DNA of 64,000 nt from an uncultured Clostridia bacterium (GCA_944349895.1 CALVNQ010000002.1:11710-75709), one strand, 5' to 3'. Shown: positions 8,610 through 18,156, counted from the first letter of the stretch. The notes: generated from the letters alone by a model not told the origin. Made by a program: numbers and translations.

Positions 8610-10030
8610 TGAATATTTTTTTTGCAATCATGTTTATACTATTTTTTATTTTTATCTCTTATCCTTTTATAAAAAATTTTCAGTTATGTGGGTATAACAT
8701 TAAATTTTATTTTAAACACATTTTTTCTTTTCCATATGAGTTTAAAGGAAAAAACAAATTAGCATGGACCAAAAGATTAACTAGGTTAGTGATTTTATAT
8801 TTTATCTTAATTTCCATTATTACATTAATTTATTTTATTTTTTTGAGTTCTTTTTGGCTCATAGCTTTATTTGTTATAATTGAATTTTTATTTTTACAAT
8901 TCATTTTACTTTTTTGTGCTTTATTATTGGAACCTTTCGAGTTTTTAATAAAAAAATATTATATTTTTAAAACTTGTAAAAAACTAAAAAATTTTAAAGG
9001 AGTAAAAATAGCCATAACAGGAAGTTTTGGTAAAACTTCAACAAAAAATTTTTTAGAAGAATTATTAAAATCTAAATATAAAGTTTGTTCGACACCTAAA
9101 AACTTTAACACACCAATGGGGCTTTGTAAAACTGTTTTAGACTTACTAAAGCCAGATGATGAAGTGTTAATTGTTGAAATGGGAGCAAGGAAAAGAGGGG
9201 ATATCGCAGAACTTATGAAAATGGTCGATCCTGATATAGGGATAATCACGCATATAGGTGAGCAACATTTGGAAAGTTTTGGTAATTTGGATAACATAAA
9301 AAAAACTAAGTATGAAATGTGTGAGCATATGAACAAACAAGGAAAAATTATTTTTGATTGTTCAAGTGAAGATACTTTTGATTTATTTAAAAAATATTTT
9401 GGGAAAAAATACAGCGTAAACTTTAAAAATTCCTTTTGTTATGTCACTGATTTAAAATGTTCGCATAAAGGTTGTAATTTCAATCTGCATATTAATCATC
9501 AGCAGTTTAAGGCACAAACCAAAATCGTGGGTAAATATATGATATTTAATATTGCTTCTGCCTGTGCTGTGGCAAGTTTATTGGGGATAGAGGGCGACGA
9601 TTTAATTAAAAGCATATTAAAAATTAAACCTGTTAAACACAGATTAGAATTAATTGAAAATGTCAATTTTATTATAATAGATGATTCGTATAATTCTAAC
9701 CTTTATGGAGGAGAGCAAGCTTGTGAATGTTTGGATTTATTTAAAGGCAAAAAGATTGTTATAAGTCCTGGATTGGTGGAACAGGGAAATAAACAATATG
9801 AATTAAATTATCGTTTGGGAAAAATAATTGGGGAAAAATGCCATCAATTCATAATTATGAACGAGATTAATAAAAAAGCACTATATGAAGGAGCTATTGC
9901 TGGAGGTATGCAAAAAAATAATATTTTTTTTGCACAAACGAGGGAGGAGCAAGTTGCTTTAATTAAAAGACTTCAAGATAAAAATTGTGTAATATTATTT
10001 GAAAATGATTTGCCAGATATTTTTAAGTAG
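8609..10030 (+). CDS. murF: UDP-MurNAc-tripeptide--D-Ala-D-Ala ligase MurF with atypical N-terminal polytopic membrane region
   Basis: P-loop GSFGKTSTK. MurF-like block IVEMGARKRGDIAELMKMVDPDIGIITHIGEQHLESFGNLDNIKKTKYE. Adjacent to ddl. The ATG at 8609 overlaps the upstream stop (TGATG), with a GGAGGAG SD. The first ~128 aa are 3-4 hydrophobic helices instead of the usual soluble domain 1. Confidence 0.7.
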   Translation: MNIFFAIMFILFFIFISYPFIKNFQLCGYNIKFYFKHIFSFPYEFKGKNKLAWTKRLTRLVILYFILISIITLIYFIFLSSFWLIALFVIIEFLFLQFILLFCALLLEPFEFLIKKYYIFKTCKKLKNFKGVKIAITGSFGKTSTKNFLEELLKSKYKVCSTPKNFNTPMGLCKTVLDLLKPDDEVLIVEMGARKRGDIAELMKMVDPDIGIITHIGEQHLESFGNLDNIKKTKYEMCEHMNKQGKIIFDCSSEDTFDLFKKYFGKKYSVNFKNSFCYVTDLKCSHKGCNFNLHINHQQFKAQTKIVGKYMIFNIASACAVASLLGIEGDDLIKSILKIKPVKHRLELIENVNFIIIDDSYNSNLYGGEQACECLDLFKGKKIVISPGLVEQGNKQYELNYRLGKIIGEKCHQFIIMNEINKKALYEGAIAGGMQKNNIFFAQTREEQVALIKRLQDKNCVILFENDLPDIFK

Positions 10031-10038
10031 GAGGGATT

Positions 10039-11124
10039 ATGGAAAAAATTTTAATTATATATGGTGGTAAAAGCGTAGAGCATGATATTTCAATAATAAC
10101 TGCTTTACAAGTAATGAATTCAATAAAAAATGATTTTGAAATTTTACCTATTTATGTAAACCGTGATGGTCAATTTATGACTGCAGATAATTTGCTTGAT
10201 ATTAATATCTATTCAAATTTTTTAAGTTTAGCTAAAAATCCTAGAGCTGTTTTTTTATGTATGGGAGAAGGGAAAATAGCAATTAAAAGCAAAATTAAGT
10301 TTAAAAAAATCAAACCTTCATGTGCACTTGTGTGCATGCATGGAATTAACGGTGAAGATGGATCTGTTTCTGGGGCCTTGCAACTTGCGAGAATTCCTTA
10401 TACATGCCCTTCAATTGAAAGTAGTGCTATATGTATGGATAAAATCGTCAGTAAAGTGTTGTTAAAAGAAGCAAAATTGCCTGTTACCGACTTTATTTAT
10501 GGCGAAAATATAGATTTAAATCGATCAATAAAACAATTAAACTTTCCAATAATTGTTAAACCAGCAAGATGTGGAAGTAGTATTGGAATTAGTAAATGCA
10601 ATAATTTAAAGGAATTGAAAGATGCTTGTGAGATTGCTAAATGTTATGACTCCAAAATTTTGTTGGAACATTTTATAGAAAACGGCAGAGAATTTAATTG
10701 CGCATGCTTAAATAAAAATGGCAAATACATAATTTCAAAAGTTAATGAAGTAAAAACCAAAAATTTTTATTCTTTTGATGAAAAATATATTGAAACAAGA
10801 CCTACATCAACTTTTAAAATAGACAAGAATATTAGTAATGTTATTCAAGATCTAACGTTAAAAACATGCAAATTGCTTGAATGTGAAGGTGTGGTTAGAG
10901 TGGATTTTTTAATGGATGATGGACAGATATACATTAATGAGATAAACACAATCCCTGGTTCTCTTGCCTTTTATTTTTTTGGTGATATGAAAGGGTTAGT
11001 ATGCGAGTTAATTGAAGAAGCTAAGAAGCGATTTGAAAATAGAGAAAAAAAAGTTTATGTTTTTGACTCTCAAGTGCTAAACATTTTTGCTAATTCTAAT
11101 TTGAATAAATATTCTAAAAAATGA
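10039..11124 (+). CDS. ddl: D-alanine--D-alanine ligase
   Basis: N-terminal IIYGGKSVEHDISIITA, ATP-grasp core, and C-terminal EINTIPG motif. Confidence 0.9.
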   Translation: MEKILIIYGGKSVEHDISIITALQVMNSIKNDFEILPIYVNRDGQFMTADNLLDINIYSNFLSLAKNPRAVFLCMGEGKIAIKSKIKFKKIKPSCALVCMHGINGEDGSVSGALQLARIPYTCPSIESSAICMDKIVSKVLLKEAKLPVTDFIYGENIDLNRSIKQLNFPIIVKPARCGSSIGISKCNNLKELKDACEIAKCYDSKILLEHFIENGREFNCACLNKNGKYIISKVNEVKTKNFYSFDEKYIETRPTSTFKIDKNISNVIQDLTLKTCKLLECEGVVRVDFLMDDGQIYINEINTIPGSLAFYFFGDMKGLVCELIEEAKKRFENREKKVYVFDSQVLNIFANSNLNKYSKK

Positions 11125-11233
11125 ATAAATATAATATTCATTTTTAGTATATTTTTGTTGAAAAACTGTTTTTTTTAGCTTTTGATAACTTTTTGGATTT
11201 TAATTTAATAAAATATAAATATAAGGAGATCAT

Positions 11234-12709
11234 ATGAAATTTAAATATTTAATTGATCCTTTAATGAATATTAATTTATCAGAAGATTTATTAAATTATG
11301 ATGTTAAAAATATAGCTATAGATCCTAAAAAAGTTCAAAAAGGAGATGTTTTTTTACTTTTAAAAGAGGGGGAAGATGCTGATAAAAAAATAAAAGAAGC
11401 ATTATCTTCTGGGGCTAAATTTGCTTTGGCTAAATATCATTATGGTTTGCATAACTGTTTTACAATTAATGACCCTCGAAGATGTTTCGCTGTTTTTGAA
11501 AAAAGATTGCACAATTGTGCATGCGATAAAATGAAAATTATTGGGGTAACCGGAACTAATGGAAAGACAACAACAACGAATTTAATTTATGATATTTTAA
11601 AAGGCTCGGGCAAAAAAGTGGGTATAATTGGTACTCTAGGCGCTAAAGTGGACGGAGACTTTGAAGATACCGGATTTACTACTCCAGATCCTGATAAATT
11701 GCATGAAATTTTTCAAAAAATGCAAAATAAAAATGTTGAGTATGTGGTTATGGAAGTTTCAGCTCATGCTCTCGCTCTTAAAAAAATGGAAGGTATTAAA
11801 TTTGATATTGCTGTTTTGACAAATATAACCCAGGACCATTTAGATTTTTTTGAAAGTATGGATAACTACGAAAAAACAAAGTTTAAACTTTTTCATAAGT
11901 CTTTTGCAGATAAAGGTGTGGTATGTTCAGATGGCGTGAATATTTTTAAATTTTCTAAATTTTGCAATATTCCTTTCATTACTTATGGCATTAATTCACC
12001 AAGTGATGTTTTCGCTATTGATATAAAAAAAGATTTAGTAGGGACTCAATTTATTTGTAATTGTAATGATGAAATACTAAGGGTTGATACTCCTTTAGCA
12101 GGCGAATTTAATGTTCAAAATTCATTGGCAGCAATTACCGTTGCCAATATGTTGGGTGTAGATTTCAATATTATAAAAAGGGAATTGAAATATGCTCCTG
12201 AAGTTGAAGGGAGATTTAATGTTATAGCAAAAGATAATAAAAAAATTGTTATTGATTTTGCACACACACCAGATGGATTAGAAAAAATCATTAAAAATGT
12301 AAGGGATCTTACTCCTGGAAAGGTTATTACTGTTTTTGGTTGTGGAGGGAATAGAGATAAAAGCAAAAGGCCTATAATGGGCAAAATAGCTTCTTCTTTG
12401 TCTGATCAGGTTTATTTAACCAGCGACAATCCAAGATTTGAAGACCCGTTGGCAATAATTAACGATATAAAAAATGGCATAATTGATAAAAATTATGTTA
12501 TAGAACCAAATCGTCCAGATGCTATTCGTTTAGCTTTAAAAAATGCTAGCGAAAACGATACTGTTATCATAGCTGGTAAAGGTGCCGAAAAATATCAAGA
12601 GATTGCTGGAATTAAGCACCCTTATGATGATTATTCAATTGTGTATGATTTTTTTAGAAGCAATATGCAAATTATAAAAGGAGATAAAAATATTGAGCAT
12701 AAACGTTAA
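11234..12709 (+). CDS. murE: UDP-MurNAc-L-Ala-D-Glu--2,6-diaminopimelate ligase MurE
   Basis: GVTGTNGKTTTT P-loop. A DNPR motif (LTSDNPRFEDP) indicates meso-DAP specificity. Confidence 0.9.
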   Translation: MKFKYLIDPLMNINLSEDLLNYDVKNIAIDPKKVQKGDVFLLLKEGEDADKKIKEALSSGAKFALAKYHYGLHNCFTINDPRRCFAVFEKRLHNCACDKMKIIGVTGTNGKTTTTNLIYDILKGSGKKVGIIGTLGAKVDGDFEDTGFTTPDPDKLHEIFQKMQNKNVEYVVMEVSAHALALKKMEGIKFDIAVLTNITQDHLDFFESMDNYEKTKFKLFHKSFADKGVVCSDGVNIFKFSKFCNIPFITYGINSPSDVFAIDIKKDLVGTQFICNCNDEILRVDTPLAGEFNVQNSLAAITVANMLGVDFNIIKRELKYAPEVEGRFNVIAKDNKKIVIDFAHTPDGLEKIIKNVRDLTPGKVITVFGCGGNRDKSKRPIMGKIASSLSDQVYLTSDNPRFEDPLAIINDIKNGIIDKNYVIEPNRPDAIRLALKNASENDTVIIAGKGAEKYQEIAGIKHPYDDYSIVYDFFRSNMQIIKGDKNIEHKR

Positions 12710-13658
12710 AATTTTACTTGTGTTTTGCATAAGTCTAATAGTTGGGCTTATTATTTCTCCTGTAATAATTAATTTGTTAAAAAAATTAAAAGCCCAACAG
12801 ACAATTCTTCATTATGTCGAAAAACATTCAACCAAATCAGGTACCCCTACAATGGGTGGTGTTATTTTTATTTTGTCTAGTATTCTTACTTGTGCATTTT
12901 TCTTGTGGTATGATTCTGTATATGCGTGGTTAGCTTTAGCGGTAATGTTTGCATTTGGGGTTCTTGGTTTTCTTGATGATTTTATTAAAATCCATTTCCA
13001 CCAAAATGAAGGATTAAAACCATATCAAAAAATTATTGGACAAACTGCTATTGCATTTATTGTTTCACTTTTTATTTATTTTAGAGTTGGTTCAAACCTC
13101 GATTTTTTTGGTTGGACATTTGATATAAGCTGGGGGATCATACCATTTTCAGTTTTTGTTTTTTTGGCGGTTGTTAATTCTGTTAATTTGACTGATGGAT
13201 TAGATGGACTTGCAGGTGGAGTTAGCTTAAGTTACCTATTGTTTTTTGGGCTTATTGTAATGTTGATAGGTAATGCTGAAATGGACATGCTTGCTTTATC
13301 TTGTTTTGCATTATGTGGTGGGATATTTGCTTTCTTAGCATCAAACACATTTCCCGCAAAAATTTTTATGGGAGATACAGGTTCCTTAGCAATTGGAGGT
13401 TATATTGCTTGTTTAGCGTTATTTTCTAATAAAGCTTTATTAATCCCAATAATGGGGATTATGTTTGTTTTATCTTCTCTTAGTGATATTATTCAAGTTT
13501 TACATTTTAAAAGAACAAGAAAAAGAGTTTTTTTGATGGCTCCACTCCATCACCATTTTGAACAAAAGGGGGTGCATGAAAATCGTATTGTCACAATATA
13601 TATATTAGTGACAAGCCTTTTATCTGCGGTTTGTCTTTGCTTAGATATCGCATTTTAA
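12693..13658 (+). CDS. mraY: phospho-N-acetylmuramoyl-pentapeptide transferase MraY
   Basis: Polytopic membrane protein with GTPTMGG, NLTDGLDGLA and HHHFE motifs. TTG start behind an AAAGGAG SD, overlapping the end of murE. Confidence 0.9.
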   Translation: MSINVKILLVFCISLIVGLIISPVIINLLKKLKAQQTILHYVEKHSTKSGTPTMGGVIFILSSILTCAFFLWYDSVYAWLALAVMFAFGVLGFLDDFIKIHFHQNEGLKPYQKIIGQTAIAFIVSLFIYFRVGSNLDFFGWTFDISWGIIPFSVFVFLAVVNSVNLTDGLDGLAGGVSLSYLLFFGLIVMLIGNAEMDMLALSCFALCGGIFAFLASNTFPAKIFMGDTGSLAIGGYIACLALFSNKALLIPIMGIMFVLSSLSDIIQVLHFKRTRKRVFLMAPLHHHFEQKGVHENRIVTIYILVTSLLSAVCLCLDIAF

Positions 13659-13667
13659 AGGGGGAAC

Positions 13668-14957
13668 ATGAAAAAATTAAAAGGAAAAAAAATCCTTGTT
13701 TATGGGTTAGGCAGGAGTGGGCAAGCTGCCTGCAAACTTCTTCATACTTTTGGTGCTTGTGTTAGTGTGTATGATGAAGATAAAAAATTTCGCTCACTTT
13801 TTTGTTTTGTCGATGAGCCTTTAATGCATAACTTTGATTTGGTGGTTGTCAGTCCTGGGGTTAAAGTTATAGGCAATTCTTTGATTTCGGGTTTTAAATC
13901 CAAAAAAATTCCAATTATCAGTGAGATAGATTTGGGAAGTATTTTTTGTCTAGGAAAATTAATTGCTATTACAGGGACTAATGGTAAAACCACCACTTGT
14001 TCTTTGCTTGGTAAAATTTTTGATCAAGCCGGAAAGAAAAATTTTGTTTGTGGTAATATTGGTTTGCCTATTTCCTCGATTGCTCTTAATACTGATAAGA
14101 AAACTGTGGTTATTTGCGAAACTTCCAATTTTCAACTTGAGTTAAGCAGTCTTTTTAATCCTAATATAGCCTGTATTTTAAATATCGAAGAAGACCATTT
14201 GGATAGACATGAAAGTTATGAAGAATACAAAAGAGTAAAATCCAAAATATTCGCTAATTTTAAAAGATCCTCACAAGCCGTTGTAAATCTTGATGATCCA
14301 GAAACTATAAATTTAAATTTACCTAAACGAACAAACTATTTTTCTTTTAGTCCTTTAAAAAAAGGTATTTGTATAAAAAATGGTTGCATTTATAATCAAA
14401 AAATTCGCATTATATCTTTAGATGAAATTCCTTTATTAGGTAATAAAAACATTAGTAACGTTATGGCTGCTGTAAGTATAGCATGTCTATGTAAAATTAA
14501 ACCTAAATATATCAGAAACGCAATTATGAGTTTTACGCCACCTCCTCATAGATTACAATTTGTAAATTTAATAAATGGTGTAAGATACGTGAACGATTCC
14601 AAATCCACAAATATAGCATGTGTGAAAATGGCGATAGAAAGTTTAAATGAAAAAAATTTAATCTTATTGCTGGGTGGTCAAAATAAAGATTTAAATTTTG
14701 ACGAATTATTTAATTTAAGTTTCCCAATAAAAAAATGTTTATGTTTTGGTGAAGCAGGAAAGGAAATTTATAAATCTGCTTTGAAATTTAATTATGAAGC
14801 ATATTATTTTGAAACTATGAAAGAAGCTGTTGTTTTTGCCAAAGAGATTGCACAAACTGGTGATACAGTTTTACTTTCTCCAGGTTGTACCAGCTTTGAT
14901 GAATTTTCTTCATATGCAGTTAGAGGTCAAATTTTCATGGAGATTGTAAACCAATGA
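13668..14957 (+). CDS. murD: UDP-MurNAc-L-alanine--D-glutamate ligase MurD
   Basis: N-terminal Rossmann motif GLGRSG, a GTNGKTTT P-loop, and its position after mraY. Confidence 0.9.
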   Translation: MKKLKGKKILVYGLGRSGQAACKLLHTFGACVSVYDEDKKFRSLFCFVDEPLMHNFDLVVVSPGVKVIGNSLISGFKSKKIPIISEIDLGSIFCLGKLIAITGTNGKTTTCSLLGKIFDQAGKKNFVCGNIGLPISSIALNTDKKTVVICETSNFQLELSSLFNPNIACILNIEEDHLDRHESYEEYKRVKSKIFANFKRSSQAVVNLDDPETINLNLPKRTNYFSFSPLKKGICIKNGCIYNQKIRIISLDEIPLLGNKNISNVMAAVSIACLCKIKPKYIRNAIMSFTPPPHRLQFVNLINGVRYVNDSKSTNIACVKMAIESLNEKNLILLLGGQNKDLNFDELFNLSFPIKKCLCFGEAGKEIYKSALKFNYEAYYFETMKEAVVFAKEIAQTGDTVLLSPGCTSFDEFSSYAVRGQIFMEIVNQ

Positions 14958-16060
14958 AAAGCAGAAGATATTATTTTTTAATCATTGGCCTTGTTTTAGG
15001 TTTGGTTATTTTCGGGGCCATAATGGTTTATTCTGCAAGTTATTATTCTGCAGAGTATCATTATGGTAACAAATATTTTTTCTTAATAAAACAAATTTTT
15101 GGCATAGTCATCGGCACAGTATTATTGATTGGGTTATCTTTTTATGATTATCATAGGTTAAAAAAAATTAAATGGATTTTTGTCATTGTTTCTTTAATTT
15201 TGTTGGTTTTAGTTTTTATACCTGGCGTTGGAACTGAAAGTTATGGTGCTAAAAGATGGCTTTCTCTATTCGGTTTTTCAATTCAACCTTCCGAGATTGC
15301 TAAATTTGCGTTGGTTATTTTTTGCGCAGCTTATTTAAGTGAAAACCATGAAAAAATTAAGTCTTTTAAAACATTACTTCCGATTTTATTTGTGGCTGGT
15401 TTATTTTGTTTGTTAGTAATTTTGGAGCCTTCAATGTCGGTAACTATGTGTTTGGCTTTCATAACTCTTTTTATGTTAATTGCTGGTGGCATTAGTAAAA
15501 AGCATACCATCTTATTTTCAATACCAGCCGCAGCGACCGTGCCACTTTTGATTGTTTTGGAACCTTACAGACTAAAAAGATTATTTGCATTTATTAATCC
15601 GTGGGCTTCTCCCCAAGGCGAGGGATTCCAATTAATTCAATCATTGTATTCTTTAGGCAGTGGAGGTTGGTTTGGGGTCGGACTTTTTAATTCAAGACAA
15701 AAATATTTGTTTTTACCTTTTGCCGAATCCGATTTTATTTTTTCAATTATTGGTGAAGAAATTGGGTTGATTGGATGTCTATTGTTAATATTGGTTTTTA
15801 TTTTTTTAATTATTCTGTTAATGAAAATCGCTTTAAATTCTGCAGATAGGTTCGGCGCACTTCTTTCAAGTGGCATAGCTTTTATAATTGCAATTCAAAC
15901 TATCTTAAACATCGCAGTTGTTACAGGTTCAATTCCACCGACTGGTCTTCCACTTCCATTCATTTCAAGTGGTGGGACTTCGGTTATGATGTTTATGGCA
16001 GGGATTGGGGTGTGCTTGAATGTTGCAAGACAGAGTAAGAATGTGAAAACATTTGCTTGA
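14954..16060 (+). CDS. ftsW: SEDS-family peptidoglycan polymerase FtsW/SpoVE
   Basis: About 10 TM helices, with the SEDS C-terminal signature TGLPLPFISSGGTS. Overlaps the murD stop. Confidence 0.85.
   Translation: MKSRRYYFLIIGLVLGLVIFGAIMVYSASYYSAEYHYGNKYFFLIKQIFGIVIGTVLLIGLSFYDYHRLKKIKWIFVIVSLILLVLVFIPGVGTESYGAKRWLSLFGFSIQPSEIAKFALVIFCAAYLSENHEKIKSFKTLLPILFVAGLFCLLVILEPSMSVTMCLAFITLFMLIAGGISKKHTILFSIPAAATVPLLIVLEPYRLKRLFAFINPWASPQGEGFQLIQSLYSLGSGGWFGVGLFNSRQKYLFLPFAESDFIFSIIGEEIGLIGCLLLILVFIFLIILLMKIALNSADRFGALLSSGIAFIIAIQTILNIAVVTGSIPPTGLPLPFISSGGTSVMMFMAGIGVCLNVARQSKNVKTFA
15923..16039 (+). repeat. direct repeat copy 1 (functional 3' end of ftsW)
   Basis: 117 bp, 109/117 identical by manual alignment to 16756-16872. 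Confidence 0.9.
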
Positions 16061-16091
16061 TATTCTTTTTAATAAATGTTAATATATTCCA

Positions 16092-16538
16092 ATGGAAGAA
16101 ATTGAAATTAGATTCACAATTAAGAAAGATTTAGAGGAATTGCCATGGCTATATAGGCAATACTATTGTGGCGACACAAAAGTAGAAACAAATTATCATA
16201 ATATGCTTAAGGAATACAATAAGCTTATTAAAAATCAAGATTATAAGTTTGTTTCTGCTGTTTACCATGATACATTAATTGGTTTTTGTTCAATAGTTGT
16301 AAATCATGATATTGTCGAAAAGCAAAAACCTATAATTATGTTGTGGAATTTACGAATACATCCAGAATTTAGGAAACAAGGTGTAGGGAAAAAAATTATT
16401 TCTTTTATAGAAGATTTTGGCAAATCGATAAATGCTGATCTAGTTTTTTTAACTTGTGATTTAGAAAATATTGGCGCTCAATCTTTTTATAAAAGAATAG
16501 GGTATAAAAAAGATTACACATTTTATAAATTTTTATAA
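16092..16538 (+). CDS. GNAT-family N-acetyltransferase
   Basis: 148 aa with the acetyl-CoA binding motif RKQGVGKKII and a C-terminal FYKRIGY. Bracketed by the two ftsW 3'-end copies. Confidence 0.75.
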   Translation: MEEIEIRFTIKKDLEELPWLYRQYYCGDTKVETNYHNMLKEYNKLIKNQDYKFVSAVYHDTLIGFCSIVVNHDIVEKQKPIIMLWNLRIHPEFRKQGVGKKIISFIEDFGKSINADLVFLTCDLENIGAQSFYKRIGYKKDYTFYKFL

Positions 16539-16755
16539 ATTACCATTTTTTAACATTTGTTTGAAGCAAAAATTGGTTTACAAAACTAAAGATAAAATTA
16601 TCATTGAAGGAAATTAATTTTTATTAACTTTACGACGAGAGATTTGATAGCAGATTATAAATTTTTCAATAGTCAAACAATATAATATATATTTTTATAA
16701 GCATTTATAAAAAAGATTATTAAGTGCTATTTTTTGAGCACACTAACTCGGATTA

Positions 16756-16872
16756 ACAGGTTCAATTCCGCCGACTGGCTTACCACTTCCATTCATTTCA
16801 AGTGGTGGGACTTCTGTTATGATGTTTATGGCAGGGATTGGGGTGTGCTTGAATGTTGCGAGACAAAGCAAG
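16756..16872 (+). repeat. direct repeat copy 2 (orphan ftsW 3' end)
   Basis: Matches 15923-16039. All 8 differences are synonymous in the ftsW frame. Confidence 0.9.
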
Positions 16873-16893
16873 GGGGGAAGCAGAAATTACTAA
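16756..16893 (+). pseudogene. ftsW/spoVE 3'-terminal remnant (39 conserved codons plus a different 6-codon tail GGSRNY)
   Basis: Translates as TGSIPPTGLPLPFISSGGTSVMMFMAGIGVCLNVARQSK, identical to the FtsW C-terminus. It has no start codon. An in-frame TAA lies at 16744-16746. Confidence 0.8.
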
Positions 16894-17096
16894 ATTTTTT
16901 CTTCTTATTATTTGGGACGCTTATACTAATTAATTGTTTTATAAAATTAAAATTTCTAATTAATGAGTTTTATTTTAAGTTTTTTATAAATTTATTTATT
17001 TCTATTGACTTTTTTTAATATTTTTAGTATTACATTCTTAGTTAGGTGGATGCGATTATTTTTTAATCAAATTAAAGATTACGTAAGGAGAAAAAT

Positions 17097-17813
17097 ATGA
17101 AACCGATTATTGGAATTGTTGCAAAGCACAATTTAATAGACACGATAAGACCCAAAATTGAAATTAGTGATGAAATTAAAAATGCGATATTTTATAATGG
17201 GGGAATAGCTATTGGAATAATCCCAAGCTCTCAATCGATTTCTTTAGTTAATCGAGAAAATGAGTTTGAAACATATAAAAGTTTAGACAAGATTTTTACT
17301 AAAACCGAAAAAGATAATTTAATTGCACAAATTAAATTATGTGATGGAATAGTTTTGTTCGGGGGAAAAAACAGTGATGATTATGAAATATGGATATCAA
17401 AATACTGTTATGAAAATGATATTCCTATAATAGGTATTTGTGCTGGTCATAGTAATATTGTAAGAAGTGTCGGGGGAAGGACAAGAAAAGTTTTAAACAT
17501 AGAATTGCATAATCAACCCGAAATTGATTATGTGCATGATATAAATATTGATAAAAGTTCTAAATTTTTTAATTTTGTGCGAGTTTCGAATATGAAAGTA
17601 AATTCAAGACATAAAAATACAATATCCGATCCTGCAAAATTAAAAGTTTCAGCTTATGATGAATTTGGCAATATAGAAGTTACAGAAGATGCCACGAAAA
17701 AATGTTTTCTTGGTATGAGATTTCATCCAGAATCCCTATATAAATTTGATGAATTTCATAACAACATATTTAAAGAATTTATTAAAATATGTATGTTAAA
17801 TAAAAGTAAATAA
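17097..17813 (+). CDS. class-I glutamine amidotransferase-like / peptidase C26 (gamma-glutamyl hydrolase family)
   Basis: GICAGH nucleophile-elbow Cys and an RFHPE His-Glu motif, in the family-typical order. AAGGAG SD. Confidence 0.65.
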   Translation: MKPIIGIVAKHNLIDTIRPKIEISDEIKNAIFYNGGIAIGIIPSSQSISLVNRENEFETYKSLDKIFTKTEKDNLIAQIKLCDGIVLFGGKNSDDYEIWISKYCYENDIPIIGICAGHSNIVRSVGGRTRKVLNIELHNQPEIDYVHDINIDKSSKFFNFVRVSNMKVNSRHKNTISDPAKLKVSAYDEFGNIEVTEDATKKCFLGMRFHPESLYKFDEFHNNIFKEFIKICMLNKSK

Positions 17814-18091
17814 AAAGTTATTTAAAATCGAAGTGTTAATTTAATTACGATGAAAGATAAGTGAAGGATCAAGATTAATAGTTTTACTTAAGATAATAAA
17901 TATAAAATAAAGATTTTTTACATTTTGATAAGTTTTAATTAAATAAGGATTAATTAAATAAAATTTTCAATTAATTTTTATTAATGTTATTTTAAAATAT
18001 TGATTGATATGTAAAAAAATTAAACATTATGATAAATTATTATAAGTCACTAATATGTTTTTTACTTCTTCTATAATAAATCTGAAATTGT

Positions 18092-18118
18092 AAAAAATCG
18101 ATTTGTATCGATTTTTTT
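18092..18118. terminator. orphan intrinsic-terminator-like hairpin in AT-rich spacer
   Basis: AAAAA-ATCGAT-ttgt-ATCGAT-TTTTTT. It lies ~280 nt downstream of the nearest stop codon. Confidence 0.5.
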
Positions 18119-18127
18119 AATTTTGTA

Positions 18128-18156
18128 TTGAATTTTAGTTTTATATAATGTATAAT
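18128..18156 (+). promoter_or_regulatory. sigma-A promoter of DUF4116 gene
   Basis: TTGAAT-17 nt-TATAAT. Confidence 0.5.

Noticed and set aside
15926-15936. GGTTCAATTCC at the left edge of both ftsW repeat copies (also 16759-16769). It resembles a tRNA T-loop, the classic integrase target.
   Set aside because: The flanking bases cannot form the 5-bp T-stem, and no acceptor, D or anticodon arms can be drawn. It is simply the coding sequence for GSIP.
16734-17018. A 94-aa + strand ORF listed in the track.
   Set aside because: It reads the duplicated ftsW segment in the wrong frame and then runs through AT-rich spacer. The biologically meaningful frame is the start-less ftsW remnant at 16756-16893.
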